Positions 9,524 through 19,473 of a stretch of 64,000 bases of DNA are shown here, one piece after another. The notes under the pieces are model-generated. The model searched no databases. It had not been told where the DNA came from and saw only the letters and a list, made by a program, of their open reading frames with translations. The DNA is from a virus, in IMG/VR virus record IMGVR_UViG_3300021442_000581, positions 6,218 to 70,217 of that record; one strand, 5' to 3'. The position numbers and the translations under genes were made by a program. Position 1 is the first letter of the stretch, and each line of letters starts with the position of its first letter.

Positions 9524-11497
9524 ATGGCCGAGCCATTTGTTTTATCAGAAGGATTTATAAAGAAATATAAATTAAAAAAACCACCATTTGGGTTTAATGG
9601 TCTTGGGGAATTAGTTTATATGCGAACATATTCTAGAATTAAAAAAGACGGTAAAAATGAAATGTGGTGGGAAACTGTCCGAAGAGTTGTAGAAGGCACA
9701 TATACCATGCAAAAAAATCATATTGATAGTTATCAGCTTGGATGGAATCCATGGCAAGCGCAGAGATCAGCTCAAGAAATGTATGATAGAATGTTTAATA
9801 TGAAGTTCTTACCACCTGGTCGTGGATTGTGGGCGATGGGTACTTCTATTACATCTGAAAGAGGTTTATACGCTGCATTAAATAATTGTGCATTTGTTTC
9901 AACTGCTACTATAAAGGATGATTACGCAAAACCATTTACTTTTTTAATGGACGCAAGCATGTTGGGTGTAGGAGTTGGTTTTGATACAAAGGGTGCAGAT
10001 CAAATTTTAGTTAAAGGTCCAAATAAAGATAGGACCGATGATGAATACATAATACCAGATACTAGAGAGGGCTGGGTTGAATCATTAAGATTATTGATGG
10101 AGAGTTACTTTCATGCGACTGCTCCTATGGAATTTGATTATTCAAAAATTAGATCAGAAGGCGAACCAATAAGGGGTTTTGGTGGAGTTTCAAGCGGTCC
10201 TGAGCCGCTTATAGAATTACATGAAACAGTTAGAAAGGTTTTAGATTCACAATTAGGTGAACCAATTTCAGTTACAACAATCGTAGATGTAATGAATCTC
10301 ATTGGTAAATGCGTAGTAGCGGGAAATGTTCGTAGAACTGCTGAAATAGTTTTTGGTGACCCGAACTCAGATGAATATTTAGATTTAAAAAATTATGATG
10401 TCAATCCACACAGGGAACAATATGGTTGGACTTCAAATAATTCAGTATATGCAGAATTAGGTATGGATTATACGGAAACGTGTGCACGTATTATAAAAAA
10501 TGGAGAACCTGGATTTGCATGGTTAAAAAATATGAAAAAGTATTCTCGTATGAAAAATGGCGGAGATAACAAAGATCATAGAGCATCTGGTGGAAATCCA
10601 TGTTTAGAACAAACGTTAGAATCGTATGAGTTATGTTGTCTTGTAGAAACATTTCCAAACAATCATGATTCATTAGATGATTATAAACGGACATTAAAAT
10701 ATGCATATTTATATGCCAAAACAGTAACACTTGGTAAAACTCATTGGTCAGAAACAAATAGAGTTATGTTAAGAAATAGACGAATTGGATGTTCAGTAAG
10801 TGGTGTTGCACAATTTATTACCAACAGAGGATTAGATACACTAAAGAGGTGGCTAAATAAAGGATATGACGTAATACAGGAGTGGGATTGTATGTATTCA
10901 GATTGGTTTGCAATTCCTAAATCAATAAAAACTACTTCAGTAAAACCTTCAGGTACAGTTTCATTATTAGCAGGAGCGACTCCAGGATTACATTACCCTG
11001 AGAGTCGTTTTTATATTAGACGGGTACGGTTGGCTAAAAATTCAGATTTATTAGAACCATTGAAAAAAGCAAATTATAATATTGAACCAGCTTTTGGATC
11101 TGAAAGATCGACGGTTGTTGTTGAAGTACCCATAGATTGTGGAGATGGTATAAGAACGGCTCCAGAATTAACAGTATGGGAACAATTCAGTTTAGCCGCG
11201 TTTTTACAACGACATTGGGCAGATAACCAAGTAAGTTGTACTGTAACGTTTGATCCAGAAACAGAAGGAAATCAATTACCAGCTGTGTTAAATTATTTTC
11301 AATATCATTTAAAGGGTATAAGCATGCTTCCAAGGTTAGATACTGGAGCATATAAACAAATGCCTTATGAATCAATTGATGAAAAAACATATAAGAAAAT
11401 GTTATTAAAATTAAAAAAATTAAGTTTTCGAAAGGTTAAAGGAAACGAAGCCATTGTTGAACGATTTTGCGATGGTGATGTTTGCGAGGTCTTATAA
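9524..11497 (+). CDS. nrdJ: Class II adenosylcobalamin-dependent ribonucleotide reductase (monomeric RTPR type)
   Basis: PPGRGLW, LNNCAF, GNVRRTA, GGNPCLEQ, VKPSGTVS, C-terminal CDGDVC; no beta subunit nearby. Confidence 0.9.
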   Translation: MAEPFVLSEGFIKKYKLKKPPFGFNGLGELVYMRTYSRIKKDGKNEMWWETVRRVVEGTYTMQKNHIDSYQLGWNPWQAQRSAQEMYDRMFNMKFLPPGRGLWAMGTSITSERGLYAALNNCAFVSTATIKDDYAKPFTFLMDASMLGVGVGFDTKGADQILVKGPNKDRTDDEYIIPDTREGWVESLRLLMESYFHATAPMEFDYSKIRSEGEPIRGFGGVSSGPEPLIELHETVRKVLDSQLGEPISVTTIVDVMNLIGKCVVAGNVRRTAEIVFGDPNSDEYLDLKNYDVNPHREQYGWTSNNSVYAELGMDYTETCARIIKNGEPGFAWLKNMKKYSRMKNGGDNKDHRASGGNPCLEQTLESYELCCLVETFPNNHDSLDDYKRTLKYAYLYAKTVTLGKTHWSETNRVMLRNRRIGCSVSGVAQFITNRGLDTLKRWLNKGYDVIQEWDCMYSDWFAIPKSIKTTSVKPSGTVSLLAGATPGLHYPESRFYIRRVRLAKNSDLLEPLKKANYNIEPAFGSERSTVVVEVPIDCGDGIRTAPELTVWEQFSLAAFLQRHWADNQVSCTVTFDPETEGNQLPAVLNYFQYHLKGISMLPRLDTGAYKQMPYESIDEKTYKKMLLKLKKLSFRKVKGNEAIVERFCDGDVCEVL

Positions 11498-11518
11498 TAA
11501 AATTCACATACAAAGCGG

Positions 11519-11557
11519 ACAGGCAGTTGACGCACCTGTGGAAAAATGCGTCTTAAC
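11519..11557 (+). promoter_or_regulatory. H-type pseudoknot in the leader of the TonB-dependent receptor
   Basis: P1 ACAGG(11519-23)/CCTGT(11535-39); P2 GACGCA(11529-34)/TGCGTC(11547-52); A-rich loop GGAAAAA. Confidence 0.6.
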
Positions 11558-11591
11558 TTCGTTAACGAACGGAAAAAGAAGGAGAACGTTT

Positions 11592-14321
11592 ATGAAACGT
11601 AATCTAATAGTATCACTTATGATGATGACTGGATTGTTTGCTCAATCTGTTGTTGGAGTTGTAACTGATGCGAACTCAAATCCATTGGCTGGAGCAAACG
11701 TAGTAGTCGAGGGTACAGATAACGGTGGTGTAACCGATGTAGATGGAAAATACACCATTGATGTAGGTGCTTCTGGCGACTACGATTTAACTGCTTCATT
11801 CATTGGATATTCAACAGTAACTAATGCAGTTACCGTTGATGACATAGTTGGAACAGTTAATTTCCTGTTGGAAATTGACGCTGTTTCAATGTCAGCATTG
11901 GAAGTCTTGGCTTCTAGGGCTGACGAAAATACACCGGTTGCATATACTACCGTGGGTAAAGAGGAAATGGAAATGAGACTAGGTTCTCAAGACATTCCAA
12001 TGTCTCTTAATATGACACCTAGTGTCTATGCTACTCAACAAGGTGGTGGTGCGGGCGATGCTCGTATAAATGTGAGAGGTTTTAATCAGCGAAATGTTGC
12101 GGTTATGATCAACGGTGTTCCACAAAATGATATGGAAAATGGTTGGGTTTACTGGTCTAATTGGGATGGAGTTGCAGACGCAGCGCATTCAATTCAGATG
12201 CAAAGAGGTTTGTCTGCAGTAAATTTAGCTACCCCTTCCATTGGTGGAACTATGAACATCTTAACCGATCCTGCATCCCATGATAAGGGAGGCAAGTTCA
12301 AACAAGAAGCTGGTGAAGGTGGTTTTTTAAAGACTACCCTTAATTACAACTCTGGTCTTATTGATGATAAGTTAGCTATAAGCGGAACAATCGTACGTAA
12401 GACTGGTGATGGGATTGTTGATGGTACTTGGACAGATGCGTGGGCATATTACTTAGGTAGTAGCTACCAGATGAACGAAGATCATCGACTAGAACTGTAC
12501 GCGATAGGTGCACCACAACGACATGGTCACAACCTATACAAACAGAATATTGCTACTTATTCTCAAGAGTTAGCTGGAAGTATCGATGGATATGATGCTA
12601 CCGCTTTCGCAGAAGGTGAGAAATTCGAGCATGAAGCTGGTAGGTTGTTCAACCAAAACGTGGCACCAGTCGATGCATCATATAGTGGACAACAGTATTA
12701 CTATATGTACGGTGCAAAGACTGTTGATAGGCACGATCCAAATTCTCTAAATGAAAGAGAGAATTTTTTCCATAAGCCTTTAGTCAACTTAAACCATTTT
12801 TGGTCGATAAGTGATGACGCAAGGTTAAGTTCAGTAGCATATTGGAGCGGTGGTTCCGGTGGTGGTACAGGAACTTATGGTAGCGTAAGTAGATTCCCTG
12901 CGGTAGAAGACAATGCTTGGTACGCAAGCTCTCCGTGGACTTGGGACTGGAATGGCGAAATTGCTCAAAACTCAGCAAACGTTGATTCAGCTTGGTCTGA
13001 TACAGAGAACAGGTCAACAGGCATACTTCGTAACAGTATCAATCGTCAGAATACTTACGGCTTGATTTCTAAACTAAGTTACGATGTTAGTGACGAGTTA
13101 GAAATCCAAGTGGGTATTGACTGGAGAGCTGCCGGTATAGAACACGCACGTGAAGTCCGTGATCTACTCGGTGGTGATTACTATGTAGACTATGCTGATG
13201 ATAACTTTGAAGACGGTAAAGTTGTTAAGTTAGGTGATGAGATCGCCTATCATAATGAGACTACTGTTGATTGGTTTGGTACATTTGCACAGGGTAAGTA
13301 CACGACTGATAAGTTTAATGTATATGGTATGGGCGGTTTGTCCACAATCAAATACTCTTATCAGGATCACTTCACTGTTGCAGATGAGAAGATCGAAGCA
13401 GATGCTATTACAACTTTTCAATTGAAAGGTGGAGGGGTGTATAACCTCGACGATAGAATGTCAGCATTCGTAAATGCTGGATACGTTCAGAAACCGCCTA
13501 TCATGGATAATGTAATCTACTACGATGGAACAGTTTCATCAGATCCAGACAATGAGAAGTATCAAAGCTTCGAATTTGGTGGTAAGTACAATAGCGACAA
13601 AGTTAATGTCAAGCTAAGTTCATATAATACTAAGTGGATTGACAGAAACATTGTTAAAAATGTATCTACCGGACAAGGTGATAGTGGTGATACTGATCTT
13701 ATCTTCCTGCGTGGTGTTAAACAAGATCACAGCGGTTGGGAAGTTGAAGGTAAAGTAGCACTTCATGACATGGTTGATCTAGATCTTGTACTCAGTAAAG
13801 GCAAATGGGAATTTGTTGATGATGCAGAAGGTTCATACGAAGAGCAAGAGTTTAATGAAAACGGTGAAGTCATTGGTATGATGTCAACCGATTACGCATA
13901 CGCTCTTAAGGGACTTATGGTTGGTGATATGCCACAAACAGCTTATGCTGGTGGTTTAACAGTAAAGCCAATGGCAGGTCTAGAGATACAAGGACTATAC
14001 AGAATGTATGATGACAATTATGCAGATTGGAGTCCTGATTCACGTGAGATCGATGGTGATGCAGATAGAGATCAAGTTTGGAAAGCTCCAGGGTACGGAA
14101 GATTAGATCTTCATGCCTCATACAGGCTTCCAAAAATTGCTGGTCTTGATATGACAATATCAGCACATGTTTTCAATGCATTGGATGAAGTATATGTTCA
14201 GGATGCAGTTGATAACAGTCAGTACAATGGGTTTGGTGATAAAATGCACCTAGCTCATAACGCGGAAGTATTTCTTGGGACACCAAGATACGCTAACGTA
14301 GGAATTTCAGTTAACTTTTAG
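11592..14321 (+). CDS. TonB-dependent outer-membrane receptor with N-terminal carboxypeptidase-regulatory-like domain
   Basis: Likely start ATG 11592 after AAGGAG; signal peptide; GVVTD..PLAGANVVV.GT..G..TD.DG.Y; plug INVRGF..RN.AVMINGVP; ends in F. Confidence 0.92.
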   Translation: MKRNLIVSLMMMTGLFAQSVVGVVTDANSNPLAGANVVVEGTDNGGVTDVDGKYTIDVGASGDYDLTASFIGYSTVTNAVTVDDIVGTVNFLLEIDAVSMSALEVLASRADENTPVAYTTVGKEEMEMRLGSQDIPMSLNMTPSVYATQQGGGAGDARINVRGFNQRNVAVMINGVPQNDMENGWVYWSNWDGVADAAHSIQMQRGLSAVNLATPSIGGTMNILTDPASHDKGGKFKQEAGEGGFLKTTLNYNSGLIDDKLAISGTIVRKTGDGIVDGTWTDAWAYYLGSSYQMNEDHRLELYAIGAPQRHGHNLYKQNIATYSQELAGSIDGYDATAFAEGEKFEHEAGRLFNQNVAPVDASYSGQQYYYMYGAKTVDRHDPNSLNERENFFHKPLVNLNHFWSISDDARLSSVAYWSGGSGGGTGTYGSVSRFPAVEDNAWYASSPWTWDWNGEIAQNSANVDSAWSDTENRSTGILRNSINRQNTYGLISKLSYDVSDELEIQVGIDWRAAGIEHAREVRDLLGGDYYVDYADDNFEDGKVVKLGDEIAYHNETTVDWFGTFAQGKYTTDKFNVYGMGGLSTIKYSYQDHFTVADEKIEADAITTFQLKGGGVYNLDDRMSAFVNAGYVQKPPIMDNVIYYDGTVSSDPDNEKYQSFEFGGKYNSDKVNVKLSSYNTKWIDRNIVKNVSTGQGDSGDTDLIFLRGVKQDHSGWEVEGKVALHDMVDLDLVLSKGKWEFVDDAEGSYEEQEFNENGEVIGMMSTDYAYALKGLMVGDMPQTAYAGGLTVKPMAGLEIQGLYRMYDDNYADWSPDSREIDGDADRDQVWKAPGYGRLDLHASYRLPKIAGLDMTISAHVFNALDEVYVQDAVDNSQYNGFGDKMHLAHNAEVFLGTPRYANVGISVNF

Positions 14322-14330
14322 TTGAGATTA

Positions 14331-14403
14331 GGGGCTGTAGCTCATTTGGGAGAGCGCCGCACTTGCACTGCGGAGGTAGTAGGTTCGATCCCTATCAGCT
14401 CCA
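14331..14403 (+). tRNA. tRNA-Ala(UGC)
   Basis: GGGGCTG/CAGCTCC acceptor with G3:U70; anticodon arm CCGCA-CTTGCAC-TGCGG; GTTCGATCC. Confidence 0.95.
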
Positions 14404-14408
14404 CTATT

Positions 14409-14480
14409 GACCCCGTCGTCTAGTGGTTAGGACATCAGGTTTTCATCCTGGGAACAGCAGTTCGATTCTGCTCGGGGTTA
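14409..14480 (+). tRNA. tRNA-Glu(UUC)
   Basis: GACCCCG/CGGGGTT acceptor; TCAGG-TTTTCAT-CCTGG; GTTCGATTC. Confidence 0.93.
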
Positions 14481-14509
14481 CAAAAAAAGTTATAAAAAGT
14501 GAAAAAAAG

Positions 14510-14542
14510 CATGTACTTATATAGTAAAAAAGGTGTATATTC
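14510..14542 (+). promoter_or_regulatory. Phage promoter motif CATGTAC-N19-TATATTC (copy 1)
   Basis: Same motif and spacing at 5 intergenic sites; ATG 6 nt after the TATATT box. Confidence 0.75.
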
Positions 14543-14547
14543 TTAGT

Positions 14548-15027
14548 ATGGAAAAGATAGTTATATTTGATTTAGATGGAACTCTTGCAATTATCGATAG
14601 ACGAATGCAATTGGCTACCGGTGGTAAGAGTACCGAATCTGATTACAAGAAAATAAATTGGGATGTGTTACACGATCCAGCTAACGTTCAACTTGATGTA
14701 CCTAATGTACCAATTGTAAAAATTTGTCAGTTATTTGCAGAAAATGGTTACACTATTTACATTTTTTCTGGAAGATCTGATAGAACCGAAAGAACTACTA
14801 GATCTTGGTTAGCACATAATCGTATACCATTTCATAAATTGGTTATGAGACCGCATACTAAACAAGAGATGTATACCCCAGATGAGGTGTTAAAGAAGCG
14901 TATGTTAGATAAACATATAGCGGATAAAAATGATGTTTTATGTGTATATGATGACAGACAAAAGGTAGTAGATATGTGGAGAAGTGAAGGATTGCTTTGT
15001 TGTCAGGTTGCACCCGGTAATTTTTAG
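14548..15027 (+). CDS. HAD-family phosphatase (polynucleotide kinase 3'-phosphatase-like)
   Basis: IFDLDGTLA, FSGRS, LVMRP, YDDRQKVVDMWR..G..C.QV. Confidence 0.85.
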   Translation: MEKIVIFDLDGTLAIIDRRMQLATGGKSTESDYKKINWDVLHDPANVQLDVPNVPIVKICQLFAENGYTIYIFSGRSDRTERTTRSWLAHNRIPFHKLVMRPHTKQEMYTPDEVLKKRMLDKHIADKNDVLCVYDDRQKVVDMWRSEGLLCCQVAPGNF

Positions 15028-15035
15028 GAGAAGCT

Positions 15036-15902
15036 ATGAAAAATAGATATAAGAATCTCAATAATTCATTTTATTGGGTTGTTAGTGACGTACTAAAAAA
15101 AGGTATGACAGTAAATTCTAGAGGATCAGAACAGAAAGAATTATGTTTTTATAAAACGATAATTGAAGATCCTACTGATATATTAATAAATTATCCTAGT
15201 CGTAAGTTTAATCCAAATTATGCGTTTACTGAGTGGCTTTGGTATTTGTCACAAGTAAAAAATACTAATAATATTGGTAAGATGGCAAAAATATGGGATA
15301 TGATTAAAGACGAGAATGGTGAATGTGAATCAAATTATGGTTCGTATATGTTTCCAATTGAACAATGGTCTTGGGTTGCTAATGAGCTTATTAGTGACGT
15401 TGATTCTAGACGAGCAACAATTGCTATTAATCAACCATACCATAAAAATCAAAACTTAAAGGATATTCCATGTACACAATATGTACAATTTTTTATTCGT
15501 AATGGTTATCTTGATATGGGTGTGTATATGAGATCAAATGATGTTATCTTTGGTTTTTGTAATGATGTGTTTACATTTGGATTGTTTCATCAATTAATGT
15601 TTAATGATTTACTGGAACATTATCCAGATTTACAACTTGGTGAATATCATCATCATGCGGGTAGTATGCACATTTATGAACGTCACTATAAAATGGCAGA
15701 AAAGATTATGAAAGATGGGGCAGGTTGGTATAAAAAAGATTTGGAAAAGATAAAGTTGAGGGATAGAATTACTTCAACTTATATTTTGGGTAGAGAGTAT
15801 TATCTTCCAAGAAAGGAATTAACAAAAGAACAAATTCAATTAGCAACACAAAATTTAGCGGTTGCAATGTTGGATTTTGAAGGAGCGTGTCCAATTGGCT
15901 AA
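15036..15902 (+). CDS. Thymidylate synthase-family enzyme, dCMP hydroxymethylase/methylase-like
   Basis: SRRA, DIPCT, MRSNDVIFGFCND (Asp where ThyA has Asn), GSMHIYERH. Confidence 0.8.
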   Translation: MKNRYKNLNNSFYWVVSDVLKKGMTVNSRGSEQKELCFYKTIIEDPTDILINYPSRKFNPNYAFTEWLWYLSQVKNTNNIGKMAKIWDMIKDENGECESNYGSYMFPIEQWSWVANELISDVDSRRATIAINQPYHKNQNLKDIPCTQYVQFFIRNGYLDMGVYMRSNDVIFGFCNDVFTFGLFHQLMFNDLLEHYPDLQLGEYHHHAGSMHIYERHYKMAEKIMKDGAGWYKKDLEKIKLRDRITSTYILGREYYLPRKELTKEQIQLATQNLAVAMLDFEGACPIG

Positions 15903-16227
15903 AAAAGAATCAATATTAAACCGAGCAGAAAAAATTATTAATGATAGATCTGAAGAGAAAGAACGAATGTATGGTCCATTTTCTGAAGGTATGCGTAGAG
16001 CTGCGATGATTGCAACTGGTATGACTGGTAAAGAGTTTACTGGTTCAGATATTTACGCAGCAATGGTTGCATTAAAATTAAGTCGTCATTCTTATTCGTA
16101 TAGACAAGATAATTTACTAGATGCTTGTGCGTATTTGGGTGCATTAGAAAATTATGTAGAAGAGTTTGGTTATAAAGATACAGAAAAACCTGTTGAATTA
16201 GGAGAAAATTCAAATGAAAATAAGTAA
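15895..16227 (+). CDS. DUF6378-like all-alpha nucleotide-metabolism-associated protein
   Basis: TTG start after AGGAG; SIL..A..II..R....YG.F...MVALKLSR......DNLLD..AY. Confidence 0.65.
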   Translation: MAKKESILNRAEKIINDRSEEKERMYGPFSEGMRRAAMIATGMTGKEFTGSDIYAAMVALKLSRHSYSYRQDNLLDACAYLGALENYVEEFGYKDTEKPVELGENSNENK

Positions 16228-16657
16228 AGTTAGAAAGGTTCGTACTCCTCAAAGAGCGAATAAAAACGATGCTGGTATAGATTTCTTTATACCGGATGAT
16301 TTTAATGATGGTAAAATTCAGTATCTCAATCCTGGAGAAAGTGTTTTGATACCAAGTGGTATACATGTTAATGTTCCAGATAATCATGCTTTAATAGCAT
16401 TCAATAAATCTGGAATTGCAGTAAAAAAGACGTTACTAGCAGGAGCTGCGGTTGTAGATGAAGGTTATCAAGGAGAAATGCACATTCATATTATTAATGT
16501 GGGTGATAAGTCACATCCAATATCACCAGGAGATAAGATAATGCAGTTCATTTTAATTCCAATGTTTTATGATTCTGTAGAAGAAGTACCCTATGAAAAA
16601 TTATATGAAGAACAATCAAGCAGAGGAGATGGTGGATTTGGCTCAACCGGAGTTTAA
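16214..16657 (+). CDS. dut: Trimeric dUTPase
   Basis: DAGIDF, KSG, VVDEGYQGE, GDKIMQ, RGDGGFGSTG. Confidence 0.93.
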   Translation: MKISKVRKVRTPQRANKNDAGIDFFIPDDFNDGKIQYLNPGESVLIPSGIHVNVPDNHALIAFNKSGIAVKKTLLAGAAVVDEGYQGEMHIHIINVGDKSHPISPGDKIMQFILIPMFYDSVEEVPYEKLYEEQSSRGDGGFGSTGV

Positions 16658-19091
16658 GCTTTCTAGAGTCTGCTCTTCTTTTAATAGGGGACAGTGGAAA
16701 ATACATTTATTTGGTTATGATGGTGATAATAGACCACAAAAGAAGATTGCTATTTTTGATGATTATTTTTATTATTCTAAAAAACATATAGCCGATGTTA
16801 GTGGTATTAGAGGTTTTACCGTAGAAGATGGTAAATCGTATAAAAGTTTGTATGATGATGAAGTAGTTAAGGTAACTTACAGATCTATTAAAACTAAAAA
16901 CGAATTTGTTAAGAGTCATCCAGAAAGAATTCATGAAGCGGATGTTCTTCCAGAACAAAAGTATATTTTAGATAATAAAATTGAATGGTCTGAGTACAGA
17001 AATATCATGTATTTTGATATTGAAACGTGGTATGATGATGAAGATCCAAAGGGAAATATGCCAGATGCGGCAAGAATGCCAATCACAGCCATTGTTGGTT
17101 ACTCTACATTTGATCAAGAATATTTTGTATTCTCATGGAATCCAGAAAAAACCAAAGACTTTATAGAACCAAAACTTGTTACGAAGGATAACATAAATTA
17201 TAGTTTCTTTGCAAACGAAGAAGACATGTTATTTTCATTTATTGAATTTGTTAAGTTATCTCATGTTGATGTTTTAACTGGTTGGTATTCCGGACAATAC
17301 GATTTGCCTTATATTATTAATAGATCAAAAGCATTGGGTATGGATTCTAGAAAAATATCGCCAATTACTGAGTTGAAAATGTATAAGAAGGGAGATTATT
17401 TCAGAATTTATATGAAGGGCCTTGATCACGTTGATATGCAAGATGCACTTCAAGATTTAGGTTATAATTTACCAAATTGGAAATTAGCCACAGCTGCTGA
17501 AGTTATTCTAAAAGATCCAGATGTTGAGAAATTAAAGGTTGCAACATGGAAAAATTGGTTAGATGATTATACGGGATTTTTAGAATACGCAGTACGAGAT
17601 GTAGAGATATTGGTTGAGATAGAGAAAAAATTAAAAATATTTGAATTGTATAATACATTACAAGCCACAGCCGGCTTAGTTAATATGAGTTTGGTTATGA
17701 TGAAATCTGTAGTTGTAGATTCGTTTATCTTATCATCGTTTCATAATAAAATAATATTCCCAACTAGAGTAACAGCTCCAAGACAGAATTATACTGGAGC
17801 AGTAGTTTTAGATCCAATGGAACCAGGTGTACATCGTGACATGTGCATTTTAGATTATACATCACTGTATCCTACAACAATTATGACATTTAATATTTCT
17901 CCAGAAACGTATATCGTTAGTGCAGATGATTGTAAAAAGGTGGGTATGAAAATTGAAGATGTTATGAAGTCTCTAACCGATGATGGAATAGGCTATATTG
18001 ATACTGGTTATCACGAGGATCTGTTTGGTGGACGTTATTTATTTTATGATCATAAACATAAGCTTGGTCTTATGCCGTTTCTACTTAAAAAATTATTTCT
18101 TACTAGAGTTGAAGCAAACGAAAAGTTAAAGTTGAGTACTACTCCAGAAGAGGAAAGGTTATCACTAAATGTTAAACAACGTGCACTTAAATTGATATTG
18201 AATTCTGCTTATGGTGCTATGGGTTTTAATTACTTTAGATTGTATAAACCAGAGTGTGCAGACGCAATTACATTTTTTGCAAGAGAAGCATTAAAATATG
18301 CAGTTGTTAAATTTCACACTGAATTAAAGCATCCAGTAATTTATGGTGATACTGATTCTATTTTTGTTAAGCAGAATGGTTATACTATTAGTCAAATTAT
18401 GGATAAATTAGATGATTTTAGGGGAATGTTAAGGAATGATTTTGCTAAGAAATACATACAACGTGTAGATGATGATTATTTTTATATGGATCTTAAGTTC
18501 GAAATGGATTTAGATTACATGTATTTTAGTAATGCTAAAAAACGATATTATGCGATTGAAAGAAATAGTCAAAAATCATATATTAAAGGTTTAAACATTA
18601 TTAGAAAAGATGCACCGAAATATGCTAAACTTAAACTTGATGATTTAGCTGAAAAGGCAGTTAGACAAACATTGACAGTTGATGAGTTAGTTGATCTTAG
18701 AAAGGAAATAGAAATTACACCGTATACGGAATTGGGAATAACTAAATCTTTTACTAAAAAGTTTTTTGCGTATACTAAGAATAAACCCCAACATTTGACT
18801 GCGGCTTTATGGGTAAATGACATCCTAAATGCGGGAATAGATCACATGGATAAACCATTGTTATTTTATGTCATATCTAATTGCCAAAATGACTTAAAAC
18901 CTAGAGAAAGAAATACGGCTATATGTTTAAATGAGGAACAGTTAAATTTAATTGACGAAAATCCGGACAAGTTTAAATTGGATTATGATACATTTTTTCA
19001 AAAACAAATATTAGATCAGATAGAAGAGTTTGATCAAATACCGTCCGTTAAAAAAGTAGTTGAAGAATATAAGGAGATAATAAATGGCTAG
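16629..19091 (+). CDS. Family B DNA polymerase with 3'-5' exonuclease
   Basis: YFDIET, GWY...YDLPY, DYTSLYPT, KLILNSAYG, YGDTDS, KKRY; start codon approximate. Confidence 0.95.
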   Translation: MVDLAQPEFKLSRVCSSFNRGQWKIHLFGYDGDNRPQKKIAIFDDYFYYSKKHIADVSGIRGFTVEDGKSYKSLYDDEVVKVTYRSIKTKNEFVKSHPERIHEADVLPEQKYILDNKIEWSEYRNIMYFDIETWYDDEDPKGNMPDAARMPITAIVGYSTFDQEYFVFSWNPEKTKDFIEPKLVTKDNINYSFFANEEDMLFSFIEFVKLSHVDVLTGWYSGQYDLPYIINRSKALGMDSRKISPITELKMYKKGDYFRIYMKGLDHVDMQDALQDLGYNLPNWKLATAAEVILKDPDVEKLKVATWKNWLDDYTGFLEYAVRDVEILVEIEKKLKIFELYNTLQATAGLVNMSLVMMKSVVVDSFILSSFHNKIIFPTRVTAPRQNYTGAVVLDPMEPGVHRDMCILDYTSLYPTTIMTFNISPETYIVSADDCKKVGMKIEDVMKSLTDDGIGYIDTGYHEDLFGGRYLFYDHKHKLGLMPFLLKKLFLTRVEANEKLKLSTTPEEERLSLNVKQRALKLILNSAYGAMGFNYFRLYKPECADAITFFAREALKYAVVKFHTELKHPVIYGDTDSIFVKQNGYTISQIMDKLDDFRGMLRNDFAKKYIQRVDDDYFYMDLKFEMDLDYMYFSNAKKRYYAIERNSQKSYIKGLNIIRKDAPKYAKLKLDDLAEKAVRQTLTVDELVDLRKEIEITPYTELGITKSFTKKFFAYTKNKPQHLTAALWVNDILNAGIDHMDKPLLFYVISNCQNDLKPRERNTAICLNEEQLNLIDENPDKFKLDYDTFFQKQILDQIEEFDQIPSVKKVVEEYKEIING

Positions 19092-19473
19092 AGTAATAAA
19101 GGATACTCCGGGTTCACAAGAGAAGAAATACAATACTTCTACTTTTGTGGATTATTTAGAGGATCAGTATCCAGCAATGACATCAGAATTTAAGAGATTA
19201 CAAAAGCAACAGTATGAGTTGTTTTGTAGGAAACAGCATGATTACGGTCCAGGAAATATTGCAGTTGGAACTCAGTTGCAAACAGAAGATGAGATAAAAC
19301 TATCTCTTACTGGATTATGGTTTCGTATGAATGATAAAATTCAAAGATTAAAGAATATGCTTCTTAGTGGTAGAGAATCTGCAGTGGATGAACCATTAGA
19401 GGATGCATACTTGGATGTTTCTAATTATGGTATTATGGCAACTATAGTAAAAAACGGAAAATGGGGAAGATAA
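19084..19473 (+). CDS. Nucleotide modification-associated domain 1 (DUF1599-like)
   Basis: F..KQHDYG..NI, RMNDKIQRL, E.LED.YLD..NY. Confidence 0.75.
   Translation: MARVIKDTPGSQEKKYNTSTFVDYLEDQYPAMTSEFKRLQKQQYELFCRKQHDYGPGNIAVGTQLQTEDEIKLSLTGLWFRMNDKIQRLKNMLLSGRESAVDEPLEDAYLDVSNYGIMATIVKNGKWGR

Noticed and set aside
11454-11591. 46-aa N-terminal extension of the TonB receptor given in the ORF track
   Set aside because: It overlaps nrdJ and the pseudoknot; the RBS and signal peptide indicate a start at 11592
11498-11591. Cobalamin riboswitch ahead of the TonB receptor
   Set aside because: The leader is under 100 nt and lacks the B12 box and the GGGAA...GCCCCCGC core
6048-19091. Inteins or introns in RecA, helicase, RNR or PolB
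   Set aside because: Protein lengths are normal; no C...HN/C intein junctions or LAGLIDADG motifs were seen
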